Positions 59,441-64,000 of a stretch of 64,000 nt of DNA are shown in pieces (positions within the stretch are counted from its first letter, which is position 1; every line of letters begins with the position of its first letter). The notes under the pieces are model-generated. The model ran no database searches. It was not told the DNA's origin and saw only the letters and a list, made by a program, of their open reading frames with translations. Source of the stretch: Firmicutes bacterium ADurb.Bin248. Lineage in GTDB: Bacteria > Bacillota > Clostridia > Christensenellales > CAG-138. The stretch spans positions 15,974 through 79,973 of the forward strand of contig MWBW01000006.1 in assembly GCA_002069725.1 (NCBI GenBank), given 5' to 3'. A program made the translations under genes and the position numbers.

Positions 59441-59995
59441 TTATAATTTGTATGTTGCGATTTGGCAATTTTCAAGAGTGAAGCTGTGCATTTCATCGAA
59501 GGGTATATTGTTGATTTGCCGGTTTATGGCTCTTGAAACAAAGCCATGGCAAACTAAAAGCACGGTTTTATCTGCATATTTTTCTTTTATTTTATTCATG
59601 CCGATTGTTATTCTATCGTCGACCTGCCTGAGCGTTTCCCCGTTTGTCGGTGCATCGTCTAGTTTACTGGTACATTGACGCGCCCATAACTCAGGAAATC
59701 TTGATCTGGCCTCATCTCTTGTTATTCCCTCGTATACGCCGACACTGCGTTCTGCAAACTCGTTTATGATTATAAACGGTGTTTCCGTATGGTATTCTTT
59801 TATTATTTGAGCTGTTTCGAGCGCTCTTTTTAATGGCGATGAAACGATAACATCAAACCTTGTTTGCGCGAGTTGTCTGGCTATCTCTTCAGCTTGCCGT
59901 ATTCCGGCATTGTTTAACGGAACATCGGTGCTGCCTGCATATCGTTGTTGAATATTATAATCAGTTTCCCCGTGCCGAACAACAAATAAAATCAT
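59441..59995 (-). CDS. Histidine phosphatase (phosphoglycerate-mutase-like/CobC-like) family protein
   Basis: ATG 59995 after AGGAGGG. RHGETDYN catalytic motif, ...LVCHGFVSR second His motif. Confidence 0.85.
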   Translation of the reverse strand: MILFVVRHGETDYNIQQRYAGSTDVPLNNAGIRQAEEIARQLAQTRFDVIVSSPLKRALETAQIIKEYHTETPFIIINEFAERSVGVYEGITRDEARSRFPELWARQCTSKLDDAPTNGETLRQVDDRITIGMNKIKEKYADKTVLLVCHGFVSRAINRQINNIPFDEMHSFTLENCQIATYKL

Positions 59996-60112
59996 ATTGA
60001 TCCCTCCTGCCATATTACAATCCTGAGGCATCCAATTAAAATAAACTACCATCCGCCGATAGAATTTCTTTTATCAATATGCCTAAAGCAAACTGAGTAT
60101 TGTCTGCTTCGA

Positions 60113-60551
60113 TTATAGTCTCATTAAATAATTAATACCCGTAATTTTAAATCCGATACTTGTATAAAAGTTTATTATTGATTGGTTGGCATCCGAATCC
60201 ATTTGTATGTGATTGACGTTAGATGCTCTGCATGTATTAATAAATTCGAGAATCAGCATTTTTCCTATACTCTTCCTCAACATATACGTTCTCAATAAAA
60301 CCATATTTATCATAAGTCTTAAAATCTATGGCCTTTTGAATCGACCCGGTTAAAAATCCAACAGTCTTTTCGTCAATCTTTGCAACAAATGAAATACCAT
60401 TATCGATTCTTTGTTTAAGATAGTTAATACCGCTTTCAGTATAAGGATACTCTATATTTTGGTCTTCCTAAAAAACATCAAACATTTTTCTAAAAAGTTT
60501 TTGTATTTCATCGTTTTCAATTGACTTTTTGATCACAATATTTTTCATCAT
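60113..60551 (-). pseudogene. GNAT acetyltransferase disrupted by an in-frame TAG and a frameshift
   Basis: Manual translation from ATGATG 60551 (AAGGAGA RBS) gives MMKNIVIKKSIENDEIQKLFRKMFDVF-TAG-EDQNIEYPY...ENVYVEEEYRKN. The frame then shifts into ORF 60113..60313 (IGKMLILEFINTC...FYTSIGFKITG, the acetyl-CoA-binding block). Confidence 0.7.
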
Positions 60552-60684
60552 ACGTAACTCTCCTTGATGCATAATTTATTTCTGATTAAGCAGCATATTG
60601 ATTAAGAATGCCTTATCCGTATTTTAACATGTAATACAAAAGAAGCCAACCGCAACAGCAATCGACTTCTTTCGACGAAAATGA

Positions 60685-60767
60685 TGGTGCGGCCGGAGGG
60701 ATTCGAACCCTCAAGCTTTCGCCGGCGGATTTTAAGTCCGCTGTGTATGCCGTTCCACCACGGCCGC
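60685..60767 (-). tRNA. tRNA-Leu (anticodon UAA)
   Basis: Manual cloverleaf of 83 nt. Acceptor GCGGCCG/CGGCCGC, D-stem GTG/CAC, anticodon arm GCGGA-CTTAAAA-TCCGC, long variable arm, T-arm GAGGG-TTCGAAT-CCCTC, discriminator A, encoded CCA. Confidence 0.9.
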
Positions 60768-60775
60768 GCGGTTTT

Positions 60776-60804
60776 ATTATATGCGCGCGCTCCGCCCGCG
60801 TCAA
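60776..60804 (-). promoter_or_regulatory. Consensus sigma-A promoter for tRNA-Leu
   Basis: Minus strand: TTGACG (60804-60799), 17 nt spacer, TATAAT (60781-60776). The -10 box ends 8 nt before the mature tRNA 5' end. Confidence 0.7.
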
Positions 60805-60976
60805 GAAAGGCGCGCGCTGCAGCCGCCCGAAACGTTTCCGGCATGCGGCGGCGGCTTTTGGGCTGCCGGACGCTTTTACCGCCGCCAAAGCCGCATTTTC
60901 GGCTCCCCGGCGCGCCTTTGAGGGGCATAATAAAAGCAAATAGGGCGGGTACTTTACTTTCCGAAAAGGGAGCGCT

Positions 60977-61351
60977 ATGATACCCGTGTACGCGCGCCTT
61001 GGGCGCGCGATGACGCTTATTTACGCCGGAAATCGGCGATACGGGCCGCGCGCAACGCGGCTTATGGCGGAGGTGACGCGCTTGATCGGCTTTCTCATCG
61101 GCCTCGCGTGCGGCGCGGGGGAGCTTTATCTTCTCGTTTTGCTCGCGCGTGCGCTACAAAACGCGGAATCGGGCAAAATACTGGCGTACGCGTTGCTCAA
61201 GCTCGCGCTGCTCGCGCTGGCGTTCGTGCCCGTGATCCTGTTCGTGCGGGACGAACTGCTCTGGTGCGGCGTGGGCGTCACCGCGACGCTGATCGTCGGG
61301 GCGTTCGTCGTCAATTGGAAAAACCGGCGCTCCGGGGAAGGAGATCAATAA
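60977..61351 (+). CDS. atpI: ATP synthase protein I-like small membrane protein
   Basis: AAAGGGAG RBS. Hydrophobic helices (LIGFLIGLACGAGELYLLVLL, LALLALAFVPVILFV, GVTATLIVGAFVV). First gene of the atp operon. Confidence 0.65.
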   Translation: MIPVYARLGRAMTLIYAGNRRYGPRATRLMAEVTRLIGFLIGLACGAGELYLLVLLARALQNAESGKILAYALLKLALLALAFVPVILFVRDELLWCGVGVTATLIVGAFVVNWKNRRSGEGDQ

Positions 61352-61356
61352 GGCCT

Positions 61357-62253
61357 ATGCAAACGCCATCCGCAGGGAAACTCGCGGCCATCGCGCTTTC
61401 GCTGCTCGTGGGCATACTCGCGCTCCTCGTCAGGCGCCGCGTCGCTTTGCCCGCAGCGGGGGAGGCGGGATACGCCCCCGCGAAGAAAAAGCGCAGGCTC
61501 TTCATGATGCTGGGCGTGCTCGGGCTGTGGCTGTTCAGCGGCCTGGTGCTGGGGCTTTTCCGCGTTGAGAGGGAAACGCTCGAGGTCACCATCAGCCCGG
61601 CCCGCGTGGAGCTTTTGGGCATATCAACGAGCACTTCGGTGATCGTCGCATGGATCGTGATCGCGGCGCTTGCCGTATTCGCAATACTTGTGCGCGTCTT
61701 GGCGATCCCCAGATTTCAGGAAACGCCGCGCGGGCTGCAGCTCGTGCTGGAAACGGCGGTCGGCGCCGTGTCGGATTTCACCAAAGGAAAGTTCGGCGGC
61801 CGCAGGAACGAGGCGCTCGCCGCCTACTTTTTCGCGCTCGCCGCGCTGTTCGTAGGCTCGGCCTTCGTGGAACTGCTCGGCCTTCGGCCGCCCACGACGG
61901 ATCTGACCATGACGCTTTCCTACGCGCTGATCACCTTCATCCTGATCAACTACACGGGCATACGCAAAAAGGGCGTCAGGGGGCATCTTGCCAACTTCGC
62001 AAAACCCAACGCGCTCGTCACGCCCTTCAAGTTCCTTTCAGAGATCGCCATCCCGATTTCGCTCGCGTGCCGGCTTTTCGGCAACATGCTCGGCGGCATG
62101 ATCGTGGTGGATCTGGTCTACATGGCGCTCGGCGCGTTTTCCGTAGGGATACCGGCGGTGCTGGGGCTTTATTTCAACGCCTTCCACCCGCTGATCCAGT
62201 TTTTCATATTCATCAATCTGTCCCTGACCTTTATCGGCGAAGCCGCGGAATGA
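61357..62253 (+). CDS. atpB: F0 ATP synthase subunit a
   Basis: ATG 61357 after GAAGGAGA. Conserved LACRLFGNMLGG motif with the essential Arg. Confidence 0.9.
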   Translation: MQTPSAGKLAAIALSLLVGILALLVRRRVALPAAGEAGYAPAKKKRRLFMMLGVLGLWLFSGLVLGLFRVERETLEVTISPARVELLGISTSTSVIVAWIVIAALAVFAILVRVLAIPRFQETPRGLQLVLETAVGAVSDFTKGKFGGRRNEALAAYFFALAALFVGSAFVELLGLRPPTTDLTMTLSYALITFILINYTGIRKKGVRGHLANFAKPNALVTPFKFLSEIAIPISLACRLFGNMLGGMIVVDLVYMALGAFSVGIPAVLGLYFNAFHPLIQFFIFINLSLTFIGEAAE

Positions 62254-62283
62254 ACGACGAATGTTTTTAGGAGGGCATCTATT

Positions 62284-62517
62284 ATGACGGATATAGGCAT
62301 GATCGCCATCGGAGCGGGCTTGGCGGTGTTTACGGGCGTGGGCGCGGGCATCGGCATGGGCATCGCGACATCCAAGGCGGTGGACGCCGTGGCGCGGCAG
62401 CCCGAGGCGAGCGGGAAGATCAATTCCCTTCTGATACTCGGCCTGGCGCTGACCGAATCCACGGCGATCTACGGTTTCGTGACGGCGCTCGTGATGATCT
62501 TCACCATGGGCAGATAA
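62284..62517 (+). CDS. atpE: F0 ATP synthase subunit c
   Basis: AGGAGGG RBS. 77-aa hairpin, GxGxGxG ([11 protein letters not shown]), carboxylate in [12 protein letters not shown]. Confidence 0.93.
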   Translation: MTDIGMIAIGAGLAVFTGVGAGIGMGIATSKAVDAVARQPEASGKINSLLILGLALTESTAIYGFVTALVMIFTMGR

Positions 62518-62540
62518 GCCCGCACGGGGGAGGAATTGAC

Positions 62541-63017
62541 ATGGAATTTCACCTGATCGATTTCATCGAGCACATACTCAACGTCGTCGTGCTCTTCCTG
62601 CTGCTGCGAACCTTTCTTTACGATCCGGTGAGCAGGTTCATGGCCGAGCGCGAGGCGAGGTACGCGGATGAGCGCGCGCAAATCGACGCCGGAAGGGCGG
62701 AGGCGGACGCGCTCAAGGCCAAATACGAAGCCTCTCTCGAGGACGCGAAGCGCGAAGCCGAGAACCTCGCCGCGGAAAAGCTCAGGGCCGCCGAGCGCGA
62801 GGCGGAGGACATCCGCGCAAAGGCGCGGCAGGAGGCGCAGCGCGCGCTCGCGCAGGCGCACGCGCAGGCGCAGTTCGAGCGCGGCGAAATGCTCGGCGAG
62901 CTCAAAGACCAGACCGCGCTTCTCGCCATCGACCTTGCCGGACGCATACTGGGGCGCGAGGTCAGCGCTGCGGACAACCAGAGCCTGATCGACGGCTTCT
63001 TTGAAAAGGTGGGCTGA
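62541..63017 (+). CDS. atpF: F0 ATP synthase subunit b
   Basis: GGGGGAGG RBS. N-terminal TM then a long charged helix (AEREARYADERAQIDAGRAEADALKAKYE...). Confidence 0.88.
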   Translation: MEFHLIDFIEHILNVVVLFLLLRTFLYDPVSRFMAEREARYADERAQIDAGRAEADALKAKYEASLEDAKREAENLAAEKLRAAEREAEDIRAKARQEAQRALAQAHAQAQFERGEMLGELKDQTALLAIDLAGRILGREVSAADNQSLIDGFFEKVG

Positions 63018-63019
63018 GC

Positions 63020-63247
63020 ATGGAGCTCAAGGGCGAACTGTATATCGCGGGGCCCTTCGGCGAGGCGCAGATCTCGTCCGTGGGCGCGCATTTCGCGCGC
63101 CTGCTCGGCCGGGAGGTCGTCTTCGAGGTCCGGCGCGACGAAAGCCTGATCGGCGGCTTCCTCGCGATGGTGGACGGCAAGGTGTACGACGCGAGCGTCG
63201 CCTCGCGCATGAGGGACGCGCGGCGCCACCTCATCGCGAAGAACTGA
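63020..63247 (+). CDS. atpH: Very short ATP synthase delta (OSCP) subunit, C-terminal domain only
   Basis: 75 aa in the atpF-atpA slot. Reads ...VVFEVRRDESLIGGFLAMVDGKVYDASVASRMRDARRHL, matching the delta C-terminal consensus (liGG...v.D.Sv). No upstream coding room is left, since atpF stops at 63017. Confidence 0.65.
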   Translation: MELKGELYIAGPFGEAQISSVGAHFARLLGREVVFEVRRDESLIGGFLAMVDGKVYDASVASRMRDARRHLIAKN

Positions 63248-63280
63248 GCGCGGCGCGAAGCGGAACAGGAGATGGCGAAT

Positions 63281-64000
63281 ATGGATACGGCCGCAAAGCA
63301 GATCGGCGCGACGCTCAGGCGGCGCCTCGAGGCATACGAGAACAAACCCATCGTCTACGAATACGGCACGGTGCTTTCCGCGGGAGACGGCGTCGTGCGC
63401 ATAGCGGGTTTGGCGCATTCGCGCTACGGCGAGCTGATCGCGTTTGAAAACGACGTGTTCGGCATGACGCTGGACCTGGAACTGGGCGGCGTGGGCGCGG
63501 TGCTACTCAACAGCGTGGACGACGTGCGCGCGGGCGAGCGCGTGTGCGGCACGGGCAGGGTGGTCGAGGTGCCCGTGGGCGAGGAGCTGCTGGGGCGCGT
63601 CGTCGATCCCATCGGCACGCCCATCGACGGCAAGCCGCTCGCGGCCTCGCGCATGCGCCCGGTAGAATCCCCCGCGCCGCGCATCATCGACCGGCACGGC
63701 GTGAACGAGCCGCTCATGACAGGCCTCCTCGCGGTGGACAGCATCATCCCCATAGGCCGCGGCCAGAGGGAGCTCATAATCGGCGACCGGCAGACGGGCA
63801 AGTCCACCATCGCCATAGACACCATCATCAACCAGCGCGGCAAGGGCGTGCTGTGCGTATACGCCGCCATCGGGCAGAAGGTCTCCACGCTCGCGCAGAT
63901 CTATGAAACACTGTCCGCCGCGGGGGCGATGGAGTATACCGTCATCGTCGCGGCGACGGCGGGCGACTGCGCCGCGCTCCAGTATCTCGCGCCGTACGCG
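63281..64000 (+). CDS. atpA: F1 ATP synthase subunit alpha (3' end beyond the window)
   Basis: Manual translation from ATG 63281 (AGGAG 9 nt upstream; ATG 63272 is an alternative). Reads ...GRVVEVPVGEELLGRVVDPIGTPIDG...PIGRGQRELIIGDRQTGKSTIAIDTIINQ (Walker A). The frame is open to the window end. Confidence 0.93.
   Translation, partial: MDTAAKQIGATLRRRLEAYENKPIVYEYGTVLSAGDGVVRIAGLAHSRYGELIAFENDVFGMTLDLELGGVGAVLLNSVDDVRAGERVCGTGRVVEVPVGEELLGRVVDPIGTPIDGKPLAASRMRPVESPAPRIIDRHGVNEPLMTGLLAVDSIIPIGRGQRELIIGDRQTGKSTIAIDTIINQRGKGVLCVYAAIGQKVSTLAQIYETLSAAGAMEYTVIVAATAGDCAALQYLAPYA

Larger units (their letters stand above)
59400..60684. other. Low-GC islet (by eye about 35-40% G+C) abutting the 3' end of tRNA-Leu
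   Basis: The composition changes abruptly compared with the flanking DNA at more than 60% G+C. It holds one intact and one broken gene. No integrase was seen. Confidence 0.6.

Noticed and set aside
59400-60684. Calling the low-GC islet a mobile element or prophage remnant
   Set aside because: No integrase, transposase, terminal inverted repeats or duplicated tRNA 3' segment could be found by eye. It is reported only as compositionally foreign DNA.

Overview
Chromosomal segment of a high-GC (by eye about 60-65% G+C) endospore-forming Firmicute, probably a Clostridia-type anaerobe. Supporting features are spoIIGA-sigE, a CotF-like coat protein, rubrerythrin/PerR and a PPxTG-type sorting signal. 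Bases 1-20.7 kb (+ strand) carry lon-engB, a Zn-ribbon/acidic protein, a metallophosphoesterase, a division/cell-wall cluster (mraZ-rsmH-ftsL-class B PBP-murE-mraY-murD-ftsW-murA-ftsQ-ftsA-ftsZ) and spoIIGA-sigE. Bases 20.7-34.6 kb carry an aldo/keto reductase, perR-rubrerythrin, a CotF-like protein with a Gln-rich repeat, a cupin with a C-terminal repeat, a YyaL-type thioredoxin-domain protein, an alpha/beta hydrolase, a ~4.2 kb wall-anchored adhesin broken by two single-base frameshifts, and AraC/GyrI regulators. Bases 34.8-48.5 kb carry two lipoproteins, a large-subunit catalase, ybaN behind a long leader, gamma-glutamyltranspeptidase, an AAC(6')-like GNAT, a SagB-type oxidoreductase, and an AraC + GH2 (glucuronidase-signature) + GPH permease locus. 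Bases 48.6-59.1 kb (- strand) carry lpd preceded by a decayed E2 acyltransferase remnant. Next comes a PucR-headed operon of M20 amidohydrolase, Alr-family racemase, diaminobutyrate transaminase and asd, which is my best candidate for an undescribed pathway, followed by a second GH2. Bases 59.4-60.7 kb are a small low-GC islet (histidine phosphatase, broken GNAT) abutting tRNA-Leu(UAA). The window ends with the start of the F-type ATP synthase operon (atpI-B-E-F, a very short delta, atpA partial). All calls come from motif recognition on the supplied ORF translations plus manual translation and folding. No searches or computations were run. The many long Arg/Ala/Gly-rich ORFs antisense to real genes are high-GC artefacts.
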